Shown here in pieces: positions 1-12,028 of a DNA stretch of 64,000 bases. A program made the translations under genes and the position numbers. The notes below the pieces were generated by a model. The model had not been told where the DNA came from and did no database searches. It saw nothing but the letters and a program-made list of their open reading frames with translations. Source of the DNA: an uncultured Muribaculaceae bacterium (GTDB lineage Bacteria; Bacteroidota; Bacteroidia; Bacteroidales; Muribaculaceae); assembly GCA_910576935.1 (NCBI GenBank), contig CAJTKG010000010.1, positions 14,918-78,917 on the forward strand. The letters are read 5' to 3'. Every line of letters starts with the position of its first letter. Position 1 is the first letter of the stretch.

Positions 1-506
1 AGTGTAAGTTTCATTGCCGAGTAGTTCTTGCGACCCGAGCCCCAGACGCCAATGAGAAGATACATCGGGATAAGGGCGACCTCGTAGAACATAAACATGG
101 TGAAGAGGTCGATCGAGATAAAGAAGCCGAAAACGCCTGTCGACAGCAATATAAGCCAAAGGAAGAAAGCTTTGGGCTGAGGTATCTGCCATGACGCGAA
201 AGAACCGGCGAAAACAATTATCGACGACAGCATCAGCATTGCAATCGAAATGCCGTCGACACCGACCGCAAGATTTATATGCAAGGGTGCAAACCAGGTC
301 CACGAACCTGTAAAGAGCATCGGATCTTCATTGCCGGCGGCTCTGAGCGCCAGATACTCGAGCAGGACATAGGTAGACAGGCCGATAAGCGCGAGCGAGC
401 CGACAACGGCAACGGCGCGTATCTGCTTGATGTTCCTGCAGAGGGCGAGGCCGCCGAGCATTATCAGCGGTATCACCACGAAGTAAATCAGTATATTGGA
501 AAACAT
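1..506 (-). CDS. nuoM: NADH-quinone oxidoreductase subunit M, N-terminal part (continues past window start)
   Basis: Absent from the ORF track because there is no stop inside the window. Manual translation from the ATG at 506 gives MFSNILIYFVVIPLIMLGG...GVDGISIAMLMLSS...MFYEVALIPMYLLIGVWGSGRKNY, a typical NuoM/ND4 N-terminus. It lies directly downstream of nuoL. Confidence 0.85.
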   Translation of the reverse strand, partial: MFSNILIYFVVIPLIMLGGLALCRNIKQIRAVAVVGSLALIGLSTYVLLEYLALRAAGNEDPMLFTGSWTWFAPLHINLAVGVDGISIAMLMLSSIIVFAGSFASWQIPQPKAFFLWLILLSTGVFGFFISIDLFTMFMFYEVALIPMYLLIGVWGSGRKNYSAMKLT

Positions 507-542
507 TATAATTACTATATTAAATGATTATCATCCGGTTGA

Positions 543-2552
543 TTACAACAGACAGATCAATGTGACGCCTCCGAGGAGCAGGGCGCCGATGAGGTAGATC
601 CATACATAATACTGAATCTGGCCTGACTGCAAGGGGCGGATAAACTCAGAGGCCTTGTTTGTCATCGTGGCGAACGAGTCCATCGTGCCGTCGATGATGT
701 GACGGTCAAACCATGCGATAGGACGGCTTACACAATTGAAAATGATCTTGTGGGTAATAAACTGGTAAAGCTCGTCCCAATAGAATCTGTGGTGACACCA
801 GCGCCAGAGATTGGGCAAGGCGTTTTTGAATTTTTCGGGGAGGCTGTTTTCTTTTCTATACATGACTGTAGCGAGCGCGATGGCTATGATAGCCACAGCG
901 AGGCTTACGGAAGCGACCGACCAGTCGAAATGAGCCATAAAGTCGTAGGGTTCGCCGTTCCATGTGACAAATTTGCCAAAAGGAATAAAACCGGCGACAC
1001 AGCTGATGGCAGCAAGAATGATCAGAGGCAGCGACATAGTCCACGGCTGATCGTGGGGAGCGTGATGGCCTTCGGGAGTCTTATGTTCTTTCCACCAGAA
1101 GATGAGATAGTAGAGTCGGAACATATAGAAGGCGGTCAGACCTGCGACAAGCGACATCCATACATAAGCCACCCAGCTGTAACCGAGGCATGAGCTCAGA
1201 ATCTCGTCTTTTGAGAAGAAGCCCGAGAAGGGAATGATGCCCGCTATAGCGAGACAGCCGATGAGGAATGTCCAATGGGTGACGGGCATATGTTTGCGCA
1301 GGCCGTGCATCGCAGTATAGTCGTTAGACCCGATAGCGTGGATGAGTGCGCCGGCACCGAGGAAGAGGAGGGCCTTGAACATAGCATGAGTGAATAGATG
1401 GAACATCGAAGCCATGTAGCCGAGACCTTCGTGGAAATCGGGACGGGCGACGCCGAGCGACACCATCATGAAGGCAATCTGCGAGATGGTCGAGAATGCG
1501 AGCACGCGTTTGATGTCGATCTGTGTACATGCGACCATTGCGGCATAGAAAGCTGTAAGAGCGCCGACGACCGTGACAATCTCGAGAGCCGATTCTTCCA
1601 TCAGATAGAGAGGGAAGAGACGGGCGACAAGATATACACCGGCAACAACCATGGTAGCTGCATGGATGAGAGCCGAAACAGGTGTCGGACCCTCCATAGC
1701 GTCGGGTAGCCAGATATGGAGGGGCATCATGGCTGATTTGCCCATGCCGCCCATGAAGATAAGAACGAGAGCCCATGTCATCACCGAAGCACCCATAAAG
1801 GTCGATGCGGCAGCGCTGTCGAATATACCTTTGACATTAAGGGCTGTCTGCTCGCTGATCTGATAAACATCCGCGATGCCGTCGACAGGAATAGATGTGA
1901 GGGCCGTGAAGTCAAAGGTACCGGTATAATAAGAGAGAATAAGGATACCGATAAGGAAACCGAGGTCGGCGAAACGAGTGACGATAAAAGCTTTTTTCGA
2001 TGCAGAGACTGCAGACGGTTTTGTGTAATAGAAACCGATGAGAAGGTATGATGAAGCGCCGACGAGCTCCCAGAAGATATACATCTGGAAGATGTTGGTC
2101 GCAACGACAAGACCGAGCATCGAGAAGCTGAAGAGCGACAGGAAAGCGTAGAAACGCTGGAAGCCACGCTCGAAGACTCCATGATGGTCGCGCATATAGC
2201 CGAGGCTATAAAGATGGACCATAAACGAGATGGTGGTAATGACCACAAGCATCATCGCCGAAATGGGGTCAAGCAGGAAGCCGAGCTTGATGACAAGTTT
2301 GTCGGTGAAAGCAAGCCATGTCTGGTTGAAGACAATCGCTTGAAGACGTTCGCCTGCGGCATTGACAAACTCAGACGAGCCGCTGAAGAAATAGGTGAAT
2401 GCGGTTGTATAGGCAAGCACAAGGACTGTGCCCATGCCGAGAGTGCCCAACGTACCGGCAAGTCTATGGCTCATCTTCCCGCCCAGAAGGCCCAGGAAGA
2501 GGAACATAAACAGCGGTATCGTCAAAATTAACAATGGTAAGGTTGAATCCAT
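543..2552 (-). CDS. nuoL: NADH-quinone oxidoreductase subunit L
   Basis: 669 aa polytopic membrane protein with the NuoL/ND5 antiporter-like core (WELVGASSYLLIGF, HAATMVVAGVYL, MFKALLFLGAG). Sits between nuoK and nuoM. Confidence 0.95.
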   Translation of the reverse strand: MDSTLPLLILTIPLFMFLFLGLLGGKMSHRLAGTLGTLGMGTVLVLAYTTAFTYFFSGSSEFVNAAGERLQAIVFNQTWLAFTDKLVIKLGFLLDPISAMMLVVITTISFMVHLYSLGYMRDHHGVFERGFQRFYAFLSLFSFSMLGLVVATNIFQMYIFWELVGASSYLLIGFYYTKPSAVSASKKAFIVTRFADLGFLIGILILSYYTGTFDFTALTSIPVDGIADVYQISEQTALNVKGIFDSAAASTFMGASVMTWALVLIFMGGMGKSAMMPLHIWLPDAMEGPTPVSALIHAATMVVAGVYLVARLFPLYLMEESALEIVTVVGALTAFYAAMVACTQIDIKRVLAFSTISQIAFMMVSLGVARPDFHEGLGYMASMFHLFTHAMFKALLFLGAGALIHAIGSNDYTAMHGLRKHMPVTHWTFLIGCLAIAGIIPFSGFFSKDEILSSCLGYSWVAYVWMSLVAGLTAFYMFRLYYLIFWWKEHKTPEGHHAPHDQPWTMSLPLIILAAISCVAGFIPFGKFVTWNGEPYDFMAHFDWSVASVSLAVAIIAIALATVMYRKENSLPEKFKNALPNLWRWCHHRFYWDELYQFITHKIIFNCVSRPIAWFDRHIIDGTMDSFATMTNKASEFIRPLQSGQIQYYVWIYLIGALLLGGVTLICLL

Positions 2553-2557
2553 GATGC

Positions 2558-2869
2558 TTAGAATTTCATTTCGTTCAGACCGCGGACATCGACATTGCGG
2601 GTCGAGCGGAAGATGTTAATAATAATCGCGATAGCGACTGCTGTTTCGGCTGCTGCGATAGCAATGGCAAAGAGGGTGAAGAACATGCCCTCCATCTGCT
2701 CGGGAAAGAGGAAACGATTGAACACCACGAAATTTACGTCGACGGCGTTGAGCATAAGTTCGAGCGAGATGAGCATTGCAATCATATTGCGGCGGGTGAT
2801 AAAACCATAGACGCCGCAGCAGAACATTATAAGGCTCGGTATAAGATAATAGATGGCTGTGATTTCCAT
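2558..2869 (-). CDS. nuoK: NADH-quinone oxidoreductase subunit K
   Basis: About 100 aa, 3-TM protein with RRNMIAMLISLELMLNAVD. The track ORF starts at a TTG at 2881 that overlaps nuoJ. The ATG at 2869 (MEITAIYY) is the more likely start. Confidence 0.9.
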   Translation of the reverse strand: MEITAIYYLIPSLIMFCCGVYGFITRRNMIAMLISLELMLNAVDVNFVVFNRFLFPEQMEGMFFTLFAIAIAAAETAVAIAIIINIFRSTRNVDVRGLNEMKF

Positions 2870-2877
2870 AATTCCAA

Positions 2878-3390
2878 TCAACGTTTACGGGCGACCACCA
2901 CGCCACCGATTATACATGCGAGTAATAAGACACTGACTGCTTCGAAGGGAAGGAGATACTGTCCGGCGCCTGTGCCCATAAGGGTCTCACCAATGCGATC
3001 CATCGTGGGAGCTTCCATGTCGGGACGCGCCTCAAAGAGATTGCAGCGTGTCAACAGGGCATAGCCTGAAACGAGGAGCATGGCAAGCGAACCGATAAGT
3101 CCCAGTACCTTAGACTTCGAAGTAAGTTTCTCAGAGTTGTCGCCGGGCTTGCTTGTAAGCAGGATGGCGAAGACAAACAGCACGACAATACCGCCGGCAT
3201 AGACTGCGATCTGGACAGCGCCCAGAAACTCGTAGTCAAGCATGAAATAAACGGCGGCGGCGGCAAAAAGCGTGAACAGCAGATAGGTTGCCGCCCTTAG
3301 GATCTTGCGCGTCGTGACTGCAAGTACCGAGAATACAATCATCGCCAGGGCGACGACTACATAGCAAATGATACTTCCTAATGATTCCAT
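2878..3390 (-). CDS. nuoJ: NADH-quinone oxidoreductase subunit J
   Basis: 170 aa hydrophobic protein at the NuoJ position, with an ND6-like pattern (YLLFTLFAAAAVYFMLDYEFLGAVQIAVYAGGIVVLFVF). Confidence 0.9.
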   Translation of the reverse strand: MESLGSIICYVVVALAMIVFSVLAVTTRKILRAATYLLFTLFAAAAVYFMLDYEFLGAVQIAVYAGGIVVLFVFAILLTSKPGDNSEKLTSKSKVLGLIGSLAMLLVSGYALLTRCNLFEARPDMEAPTMDRIGETLMGTGAGQYLLPFEAVSVLLLACIIGGVVVARKR

Positions 3391-3409
3391 ATTTGGTTTT
3401 TAGTTATTA

Positions 3410-4009
3410 TTATTCTTTGGGAGTCGTGACATCACCGGCCCCGGCGGCCTCACGGGCAGCTTTGGCCGCGGCGGCCTTGGCTTTAGCGGCTGCTATCTTG
3501 GCCTCGCGCTCGGCAGCAGCCTTGGCGAGTTCCTCGGGGGTCGGTGCAGGTTCTTCTTTTTCGGGAAGATAGTTAAGTTTCTTGACAAGTTTGTCACGGG
3601 TGAAGACGGCCTGCTCGAAATCGTTTGAAAACTCGAGTGCGTTGGTCGGACAAGAAGTGACGCAAAGCTGGCAGAATGTGCAACTGCCAAGGTCATAGAA
3701 ATATTTATCAAGTTTTTTCTTCTTTGTGCCGGCAGGCGTGTCGACCATCTTGGTCTCGAGAGATATAGTGCCGTTGGGACAATTGCGCTCACATGTGCCG
3801 CAGGCGATACACTTGTGGTTGCCTTCGCTGTCATAGATGAGTTTTAGCTCGGCTCTGAAGCGATCGGGCACGTGATGTGTCTCGCGGTTCTCGGGATATC
3901 GCTCGGTGATTTTAGGCGTGACAAATTCCTTGCCTGTGACCTGCATGCCTTTGAGAAGGCTTGCAATGCCCGAGCCTAACGATGAAAAATAATCTTTTAC
4001 ACTACCCAT
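3410..4009 (-). CDS. nuoI: NADH-quinone oxidoreductase subunit I (2x[4Fe-4S]) with Ala/Lys/Glu-rich C-terminal tail
   Basis: Two ferredoxin motifs, CIACGTCERNCP and CTFCQLCVTSCP. The C-terminal roughly 50 aa are low-complexity (AKAAAEREAKIAAAKAKAAAAKAAREAAGAG). Confidence 0.93.
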   Translation of the reverse strand: MGSVKDYFSSLGSGIASLLKGMQVTGKEFVTPKITERYPENRETHHVPDRFRAELKLIYDSEGNHKCIACGTCERNCPNGTISLETKMVDTPAGTKKKKLDKYFYDLGSCTFCQLCVTSCPTNALEFSNDFEQAVFTRDKLVKKLNYLPEKEEPAPTPEELAKAAAEREAKIAAAKAKAAAAKAAREAAGAGDVTTPKE

Positions 4010-4057
4010 TGAAAATATGGTCTATAAAGTTTTACTATTATATATTTCACTTTACCG

Positions 4058-4948
4058 TCAGTCTCTGACCTGACCGCCGACGATGTCGAGCAGTTCGCTG
4101 GTGATGCTTTGCTGACGCAGTTTGTTATATTCAAGTTGAAGTTGTTCGAGGAGCTTTTTGGCGTTGTCATTGGCGCTTTGCATCGCCATGACACGTGCCG
4201 CCTGCTCCGAAGCACGGTTTTCTGCGAAAACCTCCTGCATGGTCGACTGGAGGTAAAGCGGTAGAACCGTACTGAAGATTGTCTGGGGGTCGGGCTCGAA
4301 GAGATAGGGCCTCGACGCACTTTCACCGCCGTCGGCACCGCCTAAATCGGCGCTGTTGACGGGTAGAAATGTCATATCGGTAAGGCGCTGACGTCCGGCC
4401 GAATGATAATGGACATAAACCACTTCGACACGGTCGGTCGCCCCGGAGACATAAGCGTCACCGAGAGATGCCATGAAGTCTCTGACACTGCGTCCCTCGC
4501 TTTTCGAAGTAACTGCAATGTCATTGACAATATCGACACCTTTGCGATCGATTTTTGTGACAGCCTTGAGCATTTTCTTACCTATAGGATAGACATCGAC
4601 AGCAAGGCCGAAGCCATATCGCTCACGCAACTCGTCGATGCGGGCGACAAGATGCTTGTAGATATTGGTGTTATAAGCGCCGCAAAGGCCCTCGTCGCTA
4701 CCGAGAACGACAAGGCTCACGCGTTTTACTTCAAGATGAGATTCGACAAGAGGAGATGTGAAGTCGGCATCGGCGCTGAGCAGATTGCCCATTATCGTCT
4801 CGATCTGATTGCGGAAAGGCACCAGACGCTTGAGCGCTCCCTCGGCCTTGTGCATCTTGGCCGACGAAATCATTTTCATGGCGCCGGTGATTTTCTCTGA
4901 CGAGGCCACCGAGCCGATGCGTCCTTTTAACTCTCTTAATGTTGCCAT
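4058..4948 (-). CDS. atpG: F1 ATP synthase gamma subunit
   Basis: MATLRELKGRIGSVASSEKITGAMKMISSAKM N-terminus and ITSELLDIVGG C-terminus are canonical for gamma. Confidence 0.95.
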   Translation of the reverse strand: MATLRELKGRIGSVASSEKITGAMKMISSAKMHKAEGALKRLVPFRNQIETIMGNLLSADADFTSPLVESHLEVKRVSLVVLGSDEGLCGAYNTNIYKHLVARIDELRERYGFGLAVDVYPIGKKMLKAVTKIDRKGVDIVNDIAVTSKSEGRSVRDFMASLGDAYVSGATDRVEVVYVHYHSAGRQRLTDMTFLPVNSADLGGADGGESASRPYLFEPDPQTIFSTVLPLYLQSTMQEVFAENRASEQAARVMAMQSANDNAKKLLEQLQLEYNKLRQQSITSELLDIVGGQVRD

Positions 4949-4982
4949 CTTGTTGTGCTGAATATTGTCTGAAGATTATGTT

Positions 4983-6554
4983 TTAGAATTGACCTGCCAC
5001 CTGAGCCGCCGCTTCGTTGATTTTCGAAGTGACGTCGTCGGTGAGCTTGCCTTGGCCGATAGGGGCCAGAACCGTATCTTTATATTTGGCATCGAGAAGC
5101 TGTATAAACTGTTTCTCGAACTCTGCCACTTTGTCGAGAGGAACGTTTTCGAGAAGGCCGTTTACACCGCAATATATTATGGCGACCTCATGCTCGACCG
5201 ACATAGGATGATACTGGGGCTGGATGAGCAGACGCTCGTTCTTGCGGCCCTTGTCGATGACGCGTGCAGTGACCGGGTCGATATCGCCGCCGAATTTAGT
5301 AAACGATTCGAGCTCGCGGAACTGGGCCTGATCGATCTTGAGCGTACCGGCAACTTTCTTCATCGATTTAATCTGGGCGTTACCGCCGACACGCGATACC
5401 GAGATACCGACATTGATAGCCGGACGTATACCACGGTTAAAGAGCGCGGTCTCAAGGAAAATCTGACCGTCGGTAATCGAGATAACATTGGTCGGTATGT
5501 AAGCCGAAACGTCGCCCGCCTGAGTCTCGATAATAGGAAGCGCTGTAAGCGAGCCACCGCCTTTGACCATAGGTCTGAGAGCCTCGGGGAGGTCGTTCAT
5601 CTTTGCGGCAATCTCCTGATTGTCGATGATTTTGGCCGCACGCTCGAGCAGACGCGAATGCAAGTAGAATATATCGCCGGGATATGCTTCACGGCCCGAG
5701 GGGCGTTTCAAGATAAGCGAAATCTCACGATAAGCGACCGCCTGCTTCGACAGGTCGTCATAAATGATGAGGGCGTCGCGGCCGGTGTCTCTGAAGAACT
5801 CGCCTATGGCGACACCTGCAAACGGCGAATAATAGCGCATCGCCGCCGAATCGGCAGCTGTGGCAGATACCACGACGGTATAGTCGAGAGCACCGTGCTT
5901 GCGAAGAGTCTCGACGGTGGCGGCCACCGACGAAGCTTTCTGACCGATAGCGACATAGACACAATAGACAGGCTTGCCCGCCTCAAAGCACTGACGCTGA
6001 TTGATGATGGTGTCGATGGCGATAGCGGTCTTGCCGATCTGACGGTCGCCGATGATAAGCTCACGCTGACCGCGGCCTATGGGCACCATAGAGTCAACGG
6101 CCTTGATACCGGTCTGAAGCGGCTGTTTGACGGGCTGACGGTAGATGACACCGGGAGCTTTGCGTTCAAGCGGAAGATTGACAAGGTCGCCTTTGATAGG
6201 ACCGTTGCCGTCTATAGGTTCGCCAAGCACATTGATGACGCGTCCGAGGAGACCTTCGCCGACGGGAATAGAGGCGATTTCACCGGTGCGCTTGACAGTC
6301 ATGCCCTCAGAGACTTTATTTACATTATTTAGAAGGATGACACCGACATTGCTCTCTTCGAGATTGAGAGCGACGCCCTTGACACCGTTTTCAAACTCGA
6401 CCAGCTCGTTGGCGCACACATTGTCAAGGCCATATACATGGCAGACGCCGTCACCGACTTCGAGCACCGAGCCGACTTCTTCAAAAGAGACTTTTGAGTT
6501 GATACTCTCAAGTTGTTGTTTTAAGACTTCAGAGATCTCGCTTGGATTAATCAT
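4983..6554 (-). CDS. atpA: F1 ATP synthase alpha subunit
   Basis: 523 aa with Walker [16 protein letters not shown] and strong alpha-subunit similarity throughout. Confidence 0.98.
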   Translation of the reverse strand: MINPSEISEVLKQQLESINSKVSFEEVGSVLEVGDGVCHVYGLDNVCANELVEFENGVKGVALNLEESNVGVILLNNVNKVSEGMTVKRTGEIASIPVGEGLLGRVINVLGEPIDGNGPIKGDLVNLPLERKAPGVIYRQPVKQPLQTGIKAVDSMVPIGRGQRELIIGDRQIGKTAIAIDTIINQRQCFEAGKPVYCVYVAIGQKASSVAATVETLRKHGALDYTVVVSATAADSAAMRYYSPFAGVAIGEFFRDTGRDALIIYDDLSKQAVAYREISLILKRPSGREAYPGDIFYLHSRLLERAAKIIDNQEIAAKMNDLPEALRPMVKGGGSLTALPIIETQAGDVSAYIPTNVISITDGQIFLETALFNRGIRPAINVGISVSRVGGNAQIKSMKKVAGTLKIDQAQFRELESFTKFGGDIDPVTARVIDKGRKNERLLIQPQYHPMSVEHEVAIIYCGVNGLLENVPLDKVAEFEKQFIQLLDAKYKDTVLAPIGQGKLTDDVTSKINEAAAQVAGQF

Positions 6555-6581
6555 TGTTATGCTTTGGTAAAGATTATCAAA

Positions 6582-7124
6582 TTAATTAAGAAGCGCCAGG
6601 CGCAGCTGTTTTAGTTGATTTTTGACTGAGGCATCAAGACGTCGATTGTCGATATCGACGGTAAACCCGCCTATCAGCGATGGATCGACCGATGAGGAAT
6701 ACTCCATTTTGCCGCCTTCGAGACGGTCTTGTATCAGCTTTTTGAGACGCTCCTCTTCAGTCGGGGCCAATTTGCCGGCAGATACCACATCAACACGATA
6801 TATATTGTTTTGACGGCGATAAATAGTCTGATAGTCACGGGCCACAGCGGCAGCAAAAGCGATTCTGCCGTTATCGGCGAGCAGCTTCAGAAAATCGCAG
6901 TACGTACGGTCTTTGTCGGTTGCGCCGGCAGCAGTCATCAACAATTTGAGTTTGTCGCCGTCGGAGACAAAGGGATTGGCGACCGTCTGCTGAAAAGCCG
7001 GCTCAGCCGCAAAAGCATCGGCCAAACGGCCACAAAGGTCATAAAGCGCCCGGTCGTCGCCGCGTTCGACAGCGACTTTATAAAGCGCTTTGGCATATCG
7101 ATGTGGTATAAGTCCTTCGTTCAT
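6582..7124 (-). CDS. atpH: F1 ATP synthase delta (OSCP) subunit
   Basis: 180 aa with an RYAKALY N-terminal motif, positioned between atpF and atpA. Confidence 0.9.
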   Translation of the reverse strand: MNEGLIPHRYAKALYKVAVERGDDRALYDLCGRLADAFAAEPAFQQTVANPFVSDGDKLKLLMTAAGATDKDRTYCDFLKLLADNGRIAFAAAVARDYQTIYRRQNNIYRVDVVSAGKLAPTEEERLKKLIQDRLEGGKMEYSSSVDPSLIGGFTVDIDNRRLDASVKNQLKQLRLALLN

Positions 7125-7627
7125 TAAGCTTGTTTTTTATCGGCCATCTCGTCAAGGAGCGTGTCGACAAGTTTAGACTGCGCCTTGGTGTCGGCCATCT
7201 GATTCTTGACTACTTTTTCAGCAATCATGAGAGCGAAGTCACTGACCTGATTGCGGAACTGATGCTGAGCCTCTTTCTGCTGCTGTTCGATCTGCACTTT
7301 AGCGGCATCCATCACCTTCTGAGCCTCGACCTGTGCGGCACTGCGGGCCTCCTCGATGATCTGCGTCTTGATGCGGTCTGCATCGCGAAGCATGTCGGCC
7401 TGCTGACGACGCGCATCGGCTATATACTGATCGGCATTTTTTTTAGCTTCGTCAAGCTGCTGCTTAGCGTTCTGGGCATACTCCACACCCTTGTCGATAA
7501 GATCGGCACGGCTGTCAACAGTCTTTAAGATGACCGGCCACGCAAATTTCCATAGAATGAAAAAAAGCACGGCAAAGGAGACGAACATCCAGAATATCAA
7601 GCCGAAATCAGGCGTGAAAAGATCCAT
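7124..7627 (-). CDS. atpF: Fo ATP synthase subunit b
   Basis: 167 aa with one N-terminal TM helix and a long charged helix. Its TAATG junction overlaps atpH by 1 nt. Confidence 0.9.
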   Translation of the reverse strand: MDLFTPDFGLIFWMFVSFAVLFFILWKFAWPVILKTVDSRADLIDKGVEYAQNAKQQLDEAKKNADQYIADARRQQADMLRDADRIKTQIIEEARSAAQVEAQKVMDAAKVQIEQQQKEAQHQFRNQVSDFALMIAEKVVKNQMADTKAQSKLVDTLLDEMADKKQA

Positions 7628-7644
7628 TTGAATTTAATTTGAGA

Positions 7645-7905
<261 letters not shown>

Positions 7906-7925
7906 TTATTTATTTATATTATATT

Positions 7926-9062
7926 CTATTTTTGAGTTGCAGCAAACTGAGCCGCCTCTATTTTGTTTTCTTTTTCCTCACGGGCTTCGACTTTCTTCTC
8001 GTGATGCTCTTCTTTTGCCTGTGCCAGCGATATGAATATGGTCGAAAGCATCGTAAAGACATAAGCCTGAATAAAGCTGACAAGCACATCGATAAGGAGC
8101 ATGAAAATCGAGAACAGCACTGACACGACCGTCGTCGCTCCGCCGGCTACAGGATTGACTGCAGCGAAGATGAAGATGAGCAGAGTCAGAACAATGACTA
8201 TCATATGGCCACCCATCATGTTGGCAAACAGACGCACGGTCAGAGCCGCCGGTTTGGTAAACATGCCGAAAATCTCTATAGCAGGCATTATCGGCAGAGG
8301 GAATTTGAGCCATAAGGGTACATCGGGCCAGAAAATCTCTTTCCAGTAATGCTTTGTCGCAAATAGATTGGTCACAAGAAAGGTGATGATCGAGAGCACG
8401 AGAGTGACTGCAATATTGCCGGTGAGATTGGCTCCACCCGGGAATACTACCATCAGGCCCATGAGGTTCATAGTGAAGATGAAGAAGAACACCGTGAGGA
8501 GATACGGCGCAAACTTCTTGGCCTTATCACCCAAAGTCTCCTTGACAACCGAGTCATATATGAAAACTATCAGAGACTCGATTGCACCGAGTCCCTTGCG
8601 TGGTGCACGATAGGGATTGCGTCGATGGAAACGGGCTACAGCAAACATCATCGCGACAACGACAAGGACGGTGATGAAAACCGCGCAGACATTTTTGGTG
8701 ATCGAAAGATCGAGCGGTTTCTCTTCACGACCATCGACGATCTCGACAATCTTGCCTTTGTATTTGCTGTCATGACCGGCTACTTTAAACTCGGCATTGC
8801 CATCGACGTAAGTCTTACCGTCGGCTATACGCGACGACGAGAATACATGCAGACCGTCGGTGCCTATGACGATGCACGGCAACGGGATGCGTTTGTGGTG
8901 ATTGAAAGGAATCTCCCAGCCATAACCGTCTCCGAGATGCTCGAAGATGATTTCTTTAGGGTCGAGTTTCCCGTCATGCTCTGCACCGACAGAAGCCGTG
9001 GCGGCAGGTGTCGCGACAAAAAACAGAAGCAAGGCCGCTATGATCGACAGAAGTTTCTTCAT
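7926..9062 (-). CDS. atpB: Fo ATP synthase subunit a (with long N-terminal extension)
   Basis: 378 aa. The C-terminal part has the a-subunit core (LTVRLFANMMGGHMI). The N-terminal roughly 130 aa carry a signal-like helix plus an extra domain, as is common in Bacteroidetes. Confidence 0.92.
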   Translation of the reverse strand: MKKLLSIIAALLLFFVATPAATASVGAEHDGKLDPKEIIFEHLGDGYGWEIPFNHHKRIPLPCIVIGTDGLHVFSSSRIADGKTYVDGNAEFKVAGHDSKYKGKIVEIVDGREEKPLDLSITKNVCAVFITVLVVVAMMFAVARFHRRNPYRAPRKGLGAIESLIVFIYDSVVKETLGDKAKKFAPYLLTVFFFIFTMNLMGLMVVFPGGANLTGNIAVTLVLSIITFLVTNLFATKHYWKEIFWPDVPLWLKFPLPIMPAIEIFGMFTKPAALTVRLFANMMGGHMIVIVLTLLIFIFAAVNPVAGGATTVVSVLFSIFMLLIDVLVSFIQAYVFTMLSTIFISLAQAKEEHHEKKVEAREEKENKIEAAQFAATQK

Positions 9063-9066
9063 AATC

Positions 9067-9312
9067 TCAGTAGAGGCAAACAGATACTACATTATTGTCG
9101 ACGTCGGCAACGCCGCCCTCGATATCGATCTCTCGGGCATCGTGCTCGGCTTCTCCGGCGGGAACATAACTGATTTTCCCGGGTGCAAGCGTCGATATGA
9201 GCGACGCGTGATTTTTAAGCACCGTAAAGGCACCCATTGTGCCGGGCAAGGTCACCGAGGCGATTTCACCTTCGAAGACGATCTCGACTGCCGAAATAAT
9301 TTTAAGTATCAT
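9067..9312 (-). CDS. atpC: F1 ATP synthase epsilon subunit (short form, beta-sandwich only)
   Basis: 81 aa located between atpD and atpB. It resembles the epsilon N-terminal domain and has no C-terminal helical hairpin. Confidence 0.85.
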   Translation of the reverse strand: MILKIISAVEIVFEGEIASVTLPGTMGAFTVLKNHASLISTLAPGKISYVPAGEAEHDAREIDIEGGVADVDNNVVSVCLY

Positions 9313-9331
9313 GATTTATTTTTGATATATA

Positions 9332-10870
<1,539 letters not shown>

Positions 10871-10913
10871 TTATTATTTTTTGTTTTCGGTATATTTAAG
10901 AATATCAATCAGA

Positions 10914-11990
10914 TCAGAAATGCCAGCCGAAGACGATGACGCATGTCATCAGGGCAAGATTGAAGAGACCGATCGGGAGAAGATATTTCCACTCGAGTGA
11001 AAGCATCTGGTCGATACGGAGACGGGGAAATGTCCATTTGAACCAGATTATCACAAACGAGAGCAGGAAAGCCTTTCCAAGGAACCATACGACAGAGGGA
11101 ATATAGTCCATGACGTTGTTGAATGCTTCCCATCCGGGAATATGCAGAGGCATCCAGCCGCCAAGGAAGAGCAGCGAAGCCACACCCGAGACAATAAAGA
11201 GGTTAAGATACTCGGCAAGGTAGAAAAAGCCGAAATGGATACCCGAATACTCGGTGTGATAACCTGCGGTCAACTCGCTCTCGGCTTCGGGAAGGTCGAA
11301 CGGGCCACGGTTACACTCGGCCGTGCCTGCTATCATATATATGACAAAGGCGATAATCGCGGGCACATGACCCTTGAAGATAAACCAAAGGTCAGACTGT
11401 TCGTCTACAATACCGCCGACCGACATGGTGCCGGCGAGACACACCATAGTGATGACCGACAGGCCGACCGAAAGCTCGTAGCTGACCATCTGGGCTCCCG
11501 AACGGAGAGCGCCGATGAGCGTAAACTTGTTGTTACTTGACCAGCCGGCAAGCAGGATACCGAGCACGCCGATTGAAGACACTGCGATAAGGAAGAAAAT
11601 ACCAATATTGAAATCAATGATCTGAAGGCCATTACCCCACGGCAGCACGGCGAAAGCGAGCATCGAGGCTATAATGACCAGATATGGTGCCAACGCAAAG
11701 AGAAACTTATCGATATTGTTGAGCTGTATGAGCTCTTTGATAAGAATTTTGAACATATCGGCAAAGCTCTGGAGCAGGCCCCACGGGCCGACACGGTTAG
11801 GGCCGAGGCGACACTGGAACGCGGCACAAACCTTGCGCTCGTAATAGATATAGAACAGTGCCAAAAGTGCATACACCAGCAACAGACCGACGCCGATAAG
11901 CACACACTCGACAGTGACGGTCAACCAGCCGGGAAGATATGTCAGCAGGAAGCTGTGGATTGCGTCTGTTATGATTGAAAAATCTTGCAT
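10914..11990 (-). CDS. nuoH: NADH-quinone oxidoreductase subunit H
   Basis: 358 aa polytopic protein with an ND1-like core ([35 protein letters not shown]). Confidence 0.95.
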   Translation of the reverse strand: MQDFSIITDAIHSFLLTYLPGWLTVTVECVLIGVGLLLVYALLALFYIYYERKVCAAFQCRLGPNRVGPWGLLQSFADMFKILIKELIQLNNIDKFLFALAPYLVIIASMLAFAVLPWGNGLQIIDFNIGIFFLIAVSSIGVLGILLAGWSSNNKFTLIGALRSGAQMVSYELSVGLSVITMVCLAGTMSVGGIVDEQSDLWFIFKGHVPAIIAFVIYMIAGTAECNRGPFDLPEAESELTAGYHTEYSGIHFGFFYLAEYLNLFIVSGVASLLFLGGWMPLHIPGWEAFNNVMDYIPSVVWFLGKAFLLSFVIIWFKWTFPRLRIDQMLSLEWKYLLPIGLFNLALMTCVIVFGWHF

Positions 11991-12028
11991 ATCTTAAAAA
12001 TTACTATATTTACTATTCTGTCAGGTCT

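Noticed and set aside
4965-6332. 455-aa plus-strand ORF
   Set aside because: It is entirely antisense to atpA, which has unambiguous homology and a Walker A motif. The shadow ORF has an Arg/Asp/Leu-rich composition with no motifs, typical of a GC-biased antisense frame.
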